Shown here piece by piece: positions 1 to 8,473 of a stretch of 64,000 nucleotides of DNA (its first letter is position 1; each line of letters starts with the position of its first letter). The translations under genes and the position numbers were made by a program. The DNA comes from a candidate division WOR-1 bacterium RIFCSPHIGHO2_01_FULL_53_15 (GTDB lineage Bacteria; Margulisbacteria; WOR-1; O2-12-FULL-45-9; XYB2-FULL-48-7), in NCBI GenBank assembly GCA_001772335.1, contig METM01000024.1, forward strand, positions 307-64,306, written 5' to 3'. The notes under the pieces are model-generated. The model was not told where the DNA came from, did no database searches, and saw only the letters and a program-made list of their open reading frames with translations.

Positions 1-635
1 TTTCTATATTATCGTAGACATAGCCCCAGGCGTTGGTGGTGCCCTGTTTGTAGACAGAGGCGATGACCGGGTCGGTCAGGAGTTGGCCGACGGTAAAGCT
101 GGTCGTGTTGGAGGCCTTGCCGTTGACGGTGACGGAGACGGGGCCGGTGGTTGTGCCGACCGGGACGTTAATATTTGCCGTCGTATTGTTGGCGGCTGAG
201 GGAGCTGTCGGCGCGGCGCCGCTGAAGCTGACGGAGATATTGCCGGCGACAGCGCCAAGGGCGGTGCCGTTAATGACGACCGGTGTGCCGATGGGGCCCT
301 GGTCCGGCTCGATGCCGTAGAGTTTGGGCCGCAGTTCAAAACTCTGGCTGTTGGTTTGGATGCCGCCCGCGGTGACGACGACAGGGAGGTCGCCGGCGAC
401 TAAATATGTTCCGCCTTCCTGGCTCGGGATGCCGAGGACGATCTTGTTAGCTGACCAGTAGTAGACCTGGATGCCGGCGTAAGGATCGACTTCGTCGGGA
501 ACGGTCAAACCGCCGATCGTGACGCTGTTGGTCGCCGTGTCGCGATTGCCGTCGCCGGGATCGGTCCCGAAGTTGGCGCCGTTTATTTCTATATTATCGT
601 AGACATAGCCCCAGGCGTTGGTGGTCCCCTGCTTG
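1..635 (-). repeat. ~585-bp periodic coding repeat (IPT/TIG-containing module) at the distal end of the adhesin gene
   Basis: nt 1-50 (tttctatattatcgtagacatagccccaggcgttggtggtgccctgtttg) recur at 586-635 with 3 mismatches. Both encode ...QGTTNAWGYVYDNIE. The left copy is cut by the window edge. Confidence 0.7.
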
Positions 636-3600
636 ACGACGCCGGTGATCGTCGGCGTCAAGATGGATGTTACGAACGAGCCGGTCGGCGAACTGAAGGT
701 CTGCGCGCTCCATCTGTCGACAGCAATGACGAACCAGTAGTAGGTCCTGTTCGGCTGGAGGCCGTCGCTCCCCTGGACTTGATAATTGGTCGCGGCGGTG
801 CCATTGACAATAACATAATTAGTAAAGCTCGGGCTGGTCGAAACCGCATAACGATAAGAGACCGAATCGCCGGGATCGGGATCGGTCGCGGCGGTCCAGA
901 TTAAATTGGGGACGACGGTCGTCGCCTGGCCGCCGATCGGCGAAGTCAGCGTTGGGGCGGTCGGCGGATTATTTAATGATGTCCCGGTTGTGAAAGTGAA
1001 CGGGTTGGGGACGGCGCCGGCGACGAGATCGTTGCCGCCAAGATCTTTGGCCGCCGTCACCTGGACGGTGTAGCTGGTGTTCGGCGCGAAATTGGCATGC
1101 CTGATCTCGACAGAGCTTGAAAACGGCGCCCAGTCGAGGGTGATATTCCCCGGGTCAGGTGAGATCGTGTAAGCCAAAGTCGCCTCATCGATCGCTTCGT
1201 TGTAACGGATATTGATATTGCCGTTGAGCGGGACATTGGTTTCACCGTTCATCGGCATGGTTTCGACGATCGCGGGAGAGCCGGCGGTATCGTCAACCGT
1301 ATTGAATGTCCAGGTCTGGGTGCTGTTGCGCGTACCGGAAGCATTGACCGCCGTGACATACCAGGTGACGGTCGTGCTGAGCGGGACATTGGCCCCCGCC
1401 GGGATCTTGAGATAATTGTTGGTCAGCGTCCCCGATGTCTCGGAGTAACTGCCGCCATTCCAGGTGAGATAAACCCGGTAATACTGGGCGTCAAAAGACG
1501 CTTCCCAGGACAGCGTTGCCTGTGTCCCCGCGTCGCGATTATTCTGCGGATAGAGCAGATTGAAGGGCGCCGGCGAGGTGGTCGAAAAACTGCGCGCAGA
1601 CGGCGTGCTGACGGTCTTCTTGCCCCAGTTATCGACGGCATAGACGCGCCAGAAATAGCTGGCGTTCGGCGCCAACTGCTGCGCGGCCGAAAGCGTGTAG
1701 CTTGTGCCGGCGATCCCGTAAGCTTTTACTTCGGAAGTGCTGAAGTTGCTGAACCGGCTGACCTGAAAGTTGTAGGTGATTGAGCTCCCCGCGTCGGGAT
1801 CGGTTGACGCTTCCCAGGTAAATGTCGGTCTCGTCGTGACCGGCGGGGTCGTGGGCGGCGTGCGCAGAATCGGCGAAGTTGGCGCGGTGTCAGTAGTCGT
1901 GCCGGTCGTGAAGCTCCACGGGTTAGGAGCGCCGGCGATCAGAGCGTTACCGCCAAGATCTTTAGCCGCCGTGACATTGACGGTATAGGCCGTGCTGGCA
2001 GTAAAGTTCGCCGTGTAAGAAAGATACAATGTCTTGCTGTCCGCGCTCCACTCGTAAACGGCCGAACCATTGGCCGGCGCAAGAGAGAACGCGAAAGTTC
2101 CCTGATCGATCGCCTCGTTAAAATTGATGATCAAGCTTGTGTTGAGCGGCACGCCGGTCGCGCCATTGGCTGGCACGGTTGAAACGATCTGCGGATCGCC
2201 GGGAGTGTCGGCGATCGTCCGGAATGTCCAGGCCTGATTGCTCTGCTTTGTGCCGCTGGCGTTGACCGCCACAACATACCAGCGAACCGTCGCGCCGAGA
2301 GGGACATTGGCCGAAGCGGGGACCTGATAAGTCGTACCGGTGATCGCGCCGGAGGTTTCGGAGTAACTGCCGCCGCTCCATGTCAGATAGACGGAGTAAG
2401 AGGCGGCGTTAGACGAAGCGCCCCAGGCAAGGGTCGGCGTGACGCCGGCGGCGGTGGCGTCCTGCGGAAACAGGAGGTCGAAGGCGCCGGGAACTGAGTC
2501 ATCATCGGTGATGGTGGCAGTGTGGACAGTAGTCACGCCCTTTGTGGCGTTGGTGGGTGTGCCCATCGTCACGATCACCGTTTCATTGGCTTCGTCGATC
2601 GTATCGCCGGTGATCGTTATGGTTGCGCTGCCGGTGGTAGAGTCGGCCGCGATGGTGATCGGGCTGGCGGTGATGGTGTAATCGGTGCCGCTGGTTGCTG
2701 TGCCGTTGACGGTGTAGGGGACGGTGACCGGCAGGCCGGAGGCCGTGGAGAGCTGGGCGGTAATGGTCATAGTTCCGCTTTCAGCCGCGCTGATTTGCGA
2801 AGCCGAAGTGAATCTGACGGTCGGCGCGGCATCATCATCGGTGATGGTGGCGGTGTGAACGGTGATCGCGCCAGCAGTCGCGTTGGTTGGCGCTCCCATC
2901 GTGACGATGACCGTTTCGTTCGCTTCATCTAAAGTATCTCCGGTAATAGTAATGGTGGCTGTTCCGGTGGTAGAACCGGCCGCGATGGTGATCGGGCTAG
3001 CGGTGATGGTGTAGTCGGCGCCGCTGATTGCCGTGCCGGAGAGGGTGAAAGGTATCGTCACCGTCTGGCCGGAAGCGGCCGAAAGCTGGGCAGTGACCGT
3101 CATGACTCCCGATTCGTTGGCGCTCGATTGAGCGGCGGAGGTAAATGAAACAGTGGGGGTGGTATCGTCGTCGGTAATAGTTGCCGTGTGAACTGTCGTT
3201 GCTCCCAGAGTCGCGCCGGTGGGTGTGCCCATCGTCACGATCACAGTTTCATTGGCTTCATCTAAAGCATCTCCGGTAATGGTGATGGTGGCAGTGCCGG
3301 TGGTTGAGCCGGCAGTGATAGTGATCGGGCTGGCGGTGATGGTGTAATCGGCGCCGCTGGTCGCCGTGCCGGAGAGAGTAAATGGCACCGTCACCGCCTG
3401 GCCGGAAGCGGCGGATAACTGCGCCGTGATGGTCATCGTCCCGCCTTCATCCACGCTGCTCTGGGTGGCCGAGGTGAACGAAACGGACGGAGCGATATCG
3501 TCATCCGTGATGGTGGCGGTGTGGACCGAAGTCGCGCCTTTTGTCGCGTTGGTCGGCGTCCCCATCGTGACGATAACCGTTTCATTAGCTTCATCTAAAG

Positions 3601-5926
3601 CATCTCCGGTAATGGTGATGGTGGCGGTGCCGGTGGTTGAGCCGGCAGTGATAGTGATCGGGCTGACGGTGATGGTGTAATCGGTGACGCTGGTTGCCGT
3701 GCCGTTGACGGTGAAGGGGACGCTGACCGGCAGGCCGGAGGCCGCGGAGAGCTGGGCGGTAATGGTCATAGTTCCGCTTTCAGCCGCGCTGCTCTGCGAG
3801 GCCGTTGTAAATGAAACAGTCGGCGTCGCATCGTCATCGGTAATAGTTGCCGTGTGAACGGTGGTTAAACCGAGGGTGGCGTTGGTGGGTGTGCCCATCG
3901 TGACGATGACCGTTTCGTTCGCTTCATCTAAAGTATCTCCGGCAATAGTAATGGTGGCTGTTCCTGTGGTTGAGCCGGCCGCGATGGAGATCGGGCTGAC
4001 GGTGATGGTGTAATCGGTGACGCTGGTTGCCGTGCCGTTGACGGTGTAGGGGACGGTGACCGGCAGGCCGGAGGCCGCGGAGAGCTGGGCGGTGATCGTC
4101 ATGGTCCCCGATTCATTGACGCTCGCTTGCGCGGCGGAGGTAAATGAGACAGTCGGCACGGCATCATCGTCAGTGATGGTGGCGGTATGGACGGTGGTCG
4201 CGCCTTTTGTGGCGTTAGTGGGTGTGCCCATCGTGACGATGACTGTCTCATTGGCTTCATCGATAGTGTCACTTGTAATAGTAATGGTGGCTGTCCCTGT
4301 GGTAGAGTCGGCCGCGATGGTGATCGGGCTGGCGGTGATGGTGTAATCGGTGACGCCGGTCGCCGTGCCGTTGACGGTGAAGGGGACGCTGACGGTTGAA
4401 CCATATATTGCCGATAATTGAGCCGTGATGGTCAGATTGCCGGATTCGTTGGCGCTTAATTGGCCGGCGGCTGTAAAATTAACTGCCGGAATAGTGGCGG
4501 CGACCACGAAATCGGCGCTGCCGGTCTCGTTAAATTCAACATTGCCGGAAGCGTTGCCGAACTGGTCAATTGCCTGGACGCGCCATTCGTAACTGCCGTC
4601 GGCCAGGCCGCTGATCTCAACCGTCGCGGCGCCGCCGCTGGCGGCCAGGGCGCTTTCAACTGTCGTATAAGCCGGCGCGCCAAGCAGGCGGTAATTGAAC
4701 CGGCCTTTAACCAGATCCGAAACCGGGTCAGAAATGGTGGCTGAGAGGCGGAGGTTTCTTTCGGCGACGATGCCGCCGGCCGGAATGGCCGTCCCGTTGC
4801 TGACTTTGAACTGGCCTAAAAAGGCGGGCGCGGCCGGCGCCGCGTTGGTAATAGCCGGATCTTTGGCCAGGAAAGCGCCGGTTTCACAGTCAGCCAGGGC
4901 GAGCAGCACTTTACCGGAGGCGCCCGACGGGTAGATAAGGGCGGCCAGGCCGTTCGTCCTCGAGGCGGTCGGGAGCGAAGCGCTGTCGGCCGTGGCGTTC
5001 AGAGCGATCGCGCTTGTCGCGATCTTGTAAACATCGTTAGCTGTTTCCAGCGCGTTCGACGCTTTTTTGTAGACCAGCCAGTCGTTATCCGGCGTCAGGT
5101 CAAAAGCGGTCCAGCCGAACTCGCCGGTCACGCCCGACTTGACGGTGCCGACCAGGGAGTTGCTCGAGGTATTGAATACCATGACATCGATGCCCGTAGC
5201 TCCGTTGACCGAAACATATAACTTCCCTTCCGCGTATTTCGCGTAGAGTGGATAGATAAGCTGGGAATAGGTCGCGCTGGTTATGGTGGTCACATAGCTG
5301 ACGGTGTCGTTGTTGTAATTGAAGACATAAATATTGCCGGCGGCGGCCTTTTGGGTCACATAAAGCTTGTAGGCGGAGCCGGCAGCGGCGGTCACTGCCA
5401 CATCGTAGAGGTTCGTTCTGCCGGCCAGCTGTGTGGTTATGTTTGCCACCCAGGTATTGTTCGCGGTATTGAATATTAGGACGCGGCCGACCCCTTTGTC
5501 GGCGACAAAGAGGCGGTTATTGCCGCCGAGGGCCAGGCCGGCTGGCGCGGAGGTTGAGGCCCAGGCGGCGCCGGTCATATCGGCGTAAGAAGCCGGAAAG
5601 CCGCTCAACGTGTAGTCCCTGACAGCGGAGTTCGCGCCTTTGGCGATACTGGCATAGAGTTTTGTTCCGTCGGCGCTTATCTCCAGGCCGTAGCACTTTG
5701 AGCCGGCCGGCAGAGCGGCGGTTGCCGCGGCAGCGGCGTTCCAGGTTTTTGTCCCGGCATTCCAGGTGAACTTATTGATGGCCGGCGCGCCGTTGTTGAC
5801 GACATAGAGGTCGTTTGTCGCCGGGTTGATGACCGAGTTGGCCGGCGTCACATCCGTGATCGCCGGCGCGCCGGCGGCCAAGGCCAGGCCGAGCAGGGAA
5901 CCGATCAGTAAAATCTTTATCTTCAT
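1..5926 (-). CDS. Giant secreted adhesin-like surface protein, N-terminal >=1975 codons. The 3' end lies beyond the left edge, so the ORF is absent from the track (no stop codon in the window).
   Basis: Own minus-strand translation from ATG ~5926 (AGAGG SD upstream). MKIKILLIGSLLGLALAAGAPAITDV is a Sec-type signal peptide. Then come beta-propeller-like repeats (NDLYVVNNG, TKLYASIAKG, NRLFVADKG, KLYVTQK, GKLYVSVNG), six Calx-beta-like units, FN3-like and SbsA/Big-like Ig modules (IVSTVPANGATGVPLNTSLIINFNEAID) and IPT/TIG-like modules (LYGIEPDQGPIGTPVVINGTALG). The frame stays open to nt 2. All track ORFs in 1-5930 lie in other frames or on the other strand. Confidence 0.85.
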   Translation of the reverse strand, partial: MKIKILLIGSLLGLALAAGAPAITDVTPANSVINPATNDLYVVNNGAPAINKFTWNAGTKTWNAAAAATAALPAGSKCYGLEISADGTKLYASIAKGANSAVRDYTLSGFPASYADMTGAAWASTSAPAGLALGGNNRLFVADKGVGRVLIFNTANNTWVANITTQLAGRTNLYDVAVTAAAGSAYKLYVTQKAAAGNIYVFNYNNDTVSYVTTITSATYSQLIYPLYAKYAEGKLYVSVNGATGIDVMVFNTSSNSLVGTVKSGVTGEFGWTAFDLTPDNDWLVYKKASNALETANDVYKIATSAIALNATADSASLPTASRTNGLAALIYPSGASGKVLLALADCETGAFLAKDPAITNAAPAAPAFLGQFKVSNGTAIPAGGIVAERNLRLSATISDPVSDLVKGRFNYRLLGAPAYTTVESALAASGGAATVEISGLADGSYEWRVQAIDQFGNASGNVEFNETGSADFVVAATIPAVNFTAAGQLSANESGNLTITAQLSAIYGSTVSVPFTVNGTATGVTDYTITASPITIAADSTTGTATITITSDTIDEANETVIVTMGTPTNATKGATTVHTATITDDDAVPTVSFTSAAQASVNESGTMTITAQLSAASGLPVTVPYTVNGTATSVTDYTITVSPISIAAGSTTGTATITIAGDTLDEANETVIVTMGTPTNATLGLTTVHTATITDDDATPTVSFTTASQSSAAESGTMTITAQLSAASGLPVSVPFTVNGTATSVTDYTITVSPITITAGSTTGTATITITGDALDEANETVIVTMGTPTNATKGATSVHTATITDDDIAPSVSFTSATQSSVDEGGTMTITAQLSAASGQAVTVPFTLSGTATSGADYTITASPITITAGSTTGTATITITGDALDEANETVIVTMGTPTGATLGATTVHTATITDDDTTPTVSFTSAAQSSANESGVMTVTAQLSAASGQTVTIPFTLSGTAISGADYTITASPITIAAGSTTGTATITITGDTLDEANETVIVTMGAPTNATAGAITVHTATITDDDAAPTVRFTSASQISAAESGTMTITAQLSTASGLPVTVPYTVNGTATSGTDYTITASPITIAADSTTGSATITITGDTIDEANETVIVTMGTPTNATKGVTTVHTATITDDDSVPGAFDLLFPQDATAAGVTPTLAWGASSNAASYSVYLTWSGGSYSETSGAITGTTYQVPASANVPLGATVRWYVVAVNASGTKQSNQAWTFRTIADTPGDPQIVSTVPANGATGVPLNTSLIINFNEAIDQGTFAFSLAPANGSAVYEWSADSKTLYLSYTANFTASTAYTVNVTAAKDLGGNALIAGAPNPWSFTTGTTTDTAPTSPILRTPPTTPPVTTRPTFTWEASTDPDAGSSITYNFQVSRFSNFSTSEVKAYGIAGTSYTLSAAQQLAPNASYFWRVYAVDNWGKKTVSTPSARSFSTTSPAPFNLLYPQNNRDAGTQATLSWEASFDAQYYRVYLTWNGGSYSETSGTLTNNYLKIPAGANVPLSTTVTWYVTAVNASGTRNSTQTWTFNTVDDTAGSPAIVETMPMNGETNVPLNGNINIRYNEAIDEATLAYTISPDPGNITLDWAPFSSSVEIRHANFAPNTSYTVQVTAAKDLGGNDLVAGAVPNPFTFTTGTSLNNPPTAPTLTSPIGGQATTVVPNLIWTAATDPDPGDSVSYRYAVSTSPSFTNYVIVNGTAATNYQVQGSDGLQPNRTYYWFVIAVDRWSAQTFSSPTGSFVTSILTPTITGVVKQGTTNAWGYVYDNIEINGANFGTDPGDGNRDTATNSVTIGGLTVPDEVDPYAGIQVYYWSANKIVLGIPSQEGGTYLVAGDLPVVVTAGGIQTNSQSFELRPKLYGIEPDQGPIGTPVVINGTALGAVAGNISVSFSGAAPTAPSAANNTTANINVPVGTTTGPVSVTVNGKASNTTSFTVGQLLTDPVIASVYKQGTTNAWGYVYDNIE
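2501..4490 (-). repeat. Six in-frame tandem repeats of ~330-333 bp (110-111 aa): a Calx-beta-like domain array inside the adhesin gene
   Basis: Unit ends (...TVHTATITDDD) recur near 2501, 2833, 3169, 3497, 3830 and 4162. The unit consensus is PTVSFTSAxQSSxxESGTMTITAQLSAASGxxVTVPFTVxGTATSGxDYTITxSPITIxAGSTTGTATITITGDxLDEANETVIVTMGTPTNA, which fits the Calx-beta pattern. Boundaries +/-5 nt. Confidence 0.8.
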
Positions 5927-5940
5927 CCGCCTCTTGCCTC

Positions 5941-6981
5941 TCATTTGGCGATGACCATCGGTGGCAGGGTGGTTTGATAAGTTGAAAAGCCGTTGGCTTG
6001 GCGGTTATTGACCAGGAGATTGAATAAAAGCTTGATCTGCCGCGCGTTCAGGAAAGTTGGCTGATCATTGGCCGGTATGGCGATCGGCAGGCCGCCGGCG
6101 GCCGGGACAAGAAAGCCGGCGTAAGCGCCGGGGTCGGCGAAGAAAGCGTTGAGACCCGCCTCGCTCGTTTCGATATTGCTCACAGCCGCCTGGCCGATCA
6201 GCCGGTCGTTCTCATCGCGGGCCTCGATCGCGTAGCCGGCCAGGTAGAGCGGGAGTTGATTTTCAGGATAGGTCGGGCAGGCGAGAAAGGTGGTATAGCC
6301 CGCCTCCTGACAGGCAAAGCCATTGTCGATGTTGGCTTGAGTCGCCTGATTGGCGGCCACCAGGCCGGGCTGGGGCGCCGCGTCAGCTGGCATATTGGGC
6401 AAGCGGGTGGAATCGGTCGCGATCACGATCTGATAATCGTTCCAGTTGACATTGCCGTAGTAGCCCTCGAAATTCCAGACAAAAGGGAGGATGGGCGTGC
6501 CGTCAAGATAATTTATCCCGGTGTTGGCGGCAAAGGCCTCATCGGAGAGGATCGAGTTGCCGTTTTGATCTTTGTTGAGAATACAGGTGTCCGTGAGATC
6601 GTTGAAAATGCCGTTATTGTTAGTATCGATGCAGGTGGGATCATCGGCCGGGTCGTTATCAGCGCCGGCGACAGCGGTGGTTTCGTCGGGATAGGCCTCG
6701 GGATCCGGCTGCTGGCCGGGAATGCCGCCGCGCGCCTCCTCTTTGAAATCACCGTCGCCCTCCGGCCGCTCCGTGCCGCAGGCAAGCATTAAGCCGCCCA
6801 GGGCGATGGGAATGCCGACCGCAGGATTAATTAAAGAAATTGCCAGTCCCGTCAGGATCACGGCAAAATTTGGCCCGCCGTCATTATCCGTGCCGCGGCT
6901 TTTTGTCGTCTGTGGACGCTGGCTCGCGCTGGTTTTATTATAAACTAGATTCGCAATCGGACTTATCGAATAATCGCTCAT
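5941..6981 (-). CDS. Membrane-anchored / lipoprotein-like protein with Asp/Asn-rich calcium-loop-like motifs (hypothetical)
   Basis: Track ORF 5941..7020. I prefer ATG 6981 (MSDYSISP...), which has GGGAGGGAA SD 5 nt upstream, because ATG 7020 sits on the -10 of the promoter motif. Hydrophobic stretch FAVILTGLAISLINPAVGIPIALGGLMLACG ends in a lipobox-like LACG. DTNNNGIFNDLTD and NKDQNGNSILSDE resemble DxDxDG Ca-binding loops. The stop lies 14 nt before the adhesin start. Confidence 0.7.
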   Translation of the reverse strand: MSDYSISPIANLVYNKTSASQRPQTTKSRGTDNDGGPNFAVILTGLAISLINPAVGIPIALGGLMLACGTERPEGDGDFKEEARGGIPGQQPDPEAYPDETTAVAGADNDPADDPTCIDTNNNGIFNDLTDTCILNKDQNGNSILSDEAFAANTGINYLDGTPILPFVWNFEGYYGNVNWNDYQIVIATDSTRLPNMPADAAPQPGLVAANQATQANIDNGFACQEAGYTTFLACPTYPENQLPLYLAGYAIEARDENDRLIGQAAVSNIETSEAGLNAFFADPGAYAGFLVPAAGGLPIAIPANDQPTFLNARQIKLLFNLLVNNRQANGFSTYQTTLPPMVIAK

Positions 6982-7023
6982 GCATTCCCTCCCGCAGATT
7001 AAGGCGCTATTTCCCTTCATATA

Positions 7024-7053
7024 TATATCGTCAAGACAGGACGGAAATTTCAG
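7024..7053 (-). promoter_or_regulatory. ECF-like promoter motif copy P1 (TGAAAT-N16-CGATAT)
   Basis: Minus strand: CTGAAATTTCCGTCCTGTCTTGACGATATATAT, ~40 nt upstream of ATG 6981. Spacing is cross-checked against the overlapping track ORF translation (YIYRQDRTEIS). Confidence 0.5.
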
Positions 7054-7114
7054 TTAATTGTGGTTCTTTTATTGGGAGAAAATCGTGAGCGGATATAAGG
7101 CCTGGCCGGCCATA

Positions 7115-8473
7115 TTACCCTTTCAGTGAACTGAGAAAATCCTGAATCGTCCTGGCTAAATCCTGGAACTGATCCTTGGCCTCGACAATGCGGGCGAGGA
7201 CATCATTAATGGGTTCGAGCTGGTCGCGCGCCGCGGCCGCGAGGGCTTGGAGTTGGCCGTTGATGCGTTTGACCGCGGCCTGGGCCCCCACTTTCACTTC
7301 ATCGTCTAAGTCAGTATTTAACAGATCCTCATTTCTCTTGCGCTTGGCGCGCAATTCCTTGGCCTGCCTGTCGATATCAGCTGCTGCTGCCTGAAATTTT
7401 TGTTTCAGCGATTCCGCCCTGGCGCCGGCCGCCGCGATAAACTGGTCAAAGGAATCTTTTGCCTGGCCGGAAGCTATTGTCAGGCCAAGATCCTGCCCGG
7501 CTGGGGCCGCCTTGGCCGCGGCCGATCTGGCCGCCGCATCGGCTCTCGCTTCGGCAATGTGTCTCGCCTCTTCCGATAAAGTTAGGCGCCTTTGCAGTTC
7601 GGCGAGCTCGGCGCTTAGGTCGGGAGATGTCCCAACTCTCTTTTCTGTCAGTTCCATGGCCTTCAAAAAATGTTTACAGAATTGGTAGACGAGCAGATGG
7701 GCGATGAAAAGCGCCTCTGTCGAATCCAGACGCCGCTCTTTGTCAGGCAGTTGGTTATTCAGTATTTCCGGAATAATTTTTAAAAACTTTTCGACGACCC
7801 GCCTGCCTTCCGTTTCATAATAATGTTTATAATCTTTTTCCCCGGCTCTGACTAGCTCAAAATCAAGGAGAGCCATCAGTCTCGTCAACGCCAGGCTGAG
7901 GCCCGAAACAAGCTTTGTCTCGGCCGGCCCCTTACCCACCAGATTGGGAAGAATGCGGACAATATCGGTTAATATGCGTTCCGCTTCTTCTGCCTTGCCT
8001 GATTTAACAAGGACTTTTCCAAACACAGCCATCGTTCGTGCTAAAGACGGGCCCAAATCTGTGTCCGCTCCTCCAGCCATTGACATCACCAGGTCAACAA
8101 TGTCAGCGCCGTCATTATTGCCTGGCAGCGCGGCGGCCGGCAATGAGAACGAGTTTCCGGCTCCCGCCTGAAGGAAGGCCAGCTCTCTTTGCACAAAATC
8201 CCGCGCCCCGCCGGCAACGGCAACGATCTCATTGTTGGTGTGGCGCAAGAGGGGGTCGATCTTTAGGGCGAGCATGTCGAGCAGGTCGCGGCCGTGTTCA
8301 CGGGTAATGGCCTTGTTGTCACGCACCATTACAAGGCGCGCTTTTAAGAGATCGGCTTTGGCCGCCGGGGCCAGCGAGTTAATAAAATCAACCGGTTTAA
8401 TTGCCATGGCGCCAAGCCGGATCGCGGGCCCGGCATTAACCAGCGGACGGGCGGCTCCTCCTATCCTTACCAT
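7115..8473 (-). CDS. Hypothetical protein with long C-terminal Ala/Gln/Arg-rich coiled coil
   Basis: 452-aa ORF. The C-terminal ~170 aa have heptad-like, low-complexity coiled-coil sequence (AESLKQKFQAAAADIDRQAKELRAKRKRNEDLL...). The ATG directly abuts the kinase stop (TAA-ATG at 8476-8471). I recognise no family. Confidence 0.65.
   Translation of the reverse strand: MVRIGGAARPLVNAGPAIRLGAMAIKPVDFINSLAPAAKADLLKARLVMVRDNKAITREHGRDLLDMLALKIDPLLRHTNNEIVAVAGGARDFVQRELAFLQAGAGNSFSLPAAALPGNNDGADIVDLVMSMAGGADTDLGPSLARTMAVFGKVLVKSGKAEEAERILTDIVRILPNLVGKGPAETKLVSGLSLALTRLMALLDFELVRAGEKDYKHYYETEGRRVVEKFLKIIPEILNNQLPDKERRLDSTEALFIAHLLVYQFCKHFLKAMELTEKRVGTSPDLSAELAELQRRLTLSEEARHIAEARADAAARSAAAKAAPAGQDLGLTIASGQAKDSFDQFIAAAGARAESLKQKFQAAAADIDRQAKELRAKRKRNEDLLNTDLDDEVKVGAQAAVKRINGQLQALAAAARDQLEPINDVLARIVEAKDQFQDLARTIQDFLSSLKG

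Noticed and set aside
2501-4490. Regular tandem repeats that could be mistaken for a CRISPR array or satellite
   Set aside because: The period is ~331 bp with no short repeat/spacer alternation. The repeats are in frame within one long ORF and encode Calx-beta-like domains.
6982-7020. Longer N-terminal starts given by the ORF track (7020; also 40184 for parB, 37297 for the UDPGP gene, 42988 bamA, 60465, 50781, 49757, 57911, 34335, 56229)
   Set aside because: The upstream extensions lack SD sequences and overlap promoter motifs or neighbouring genes. They encode atypical Arg/Ser/Gly-rich leaders. Downstream ATG/GTG codons have good SDs and give canonical family N-termini or signal peptides.
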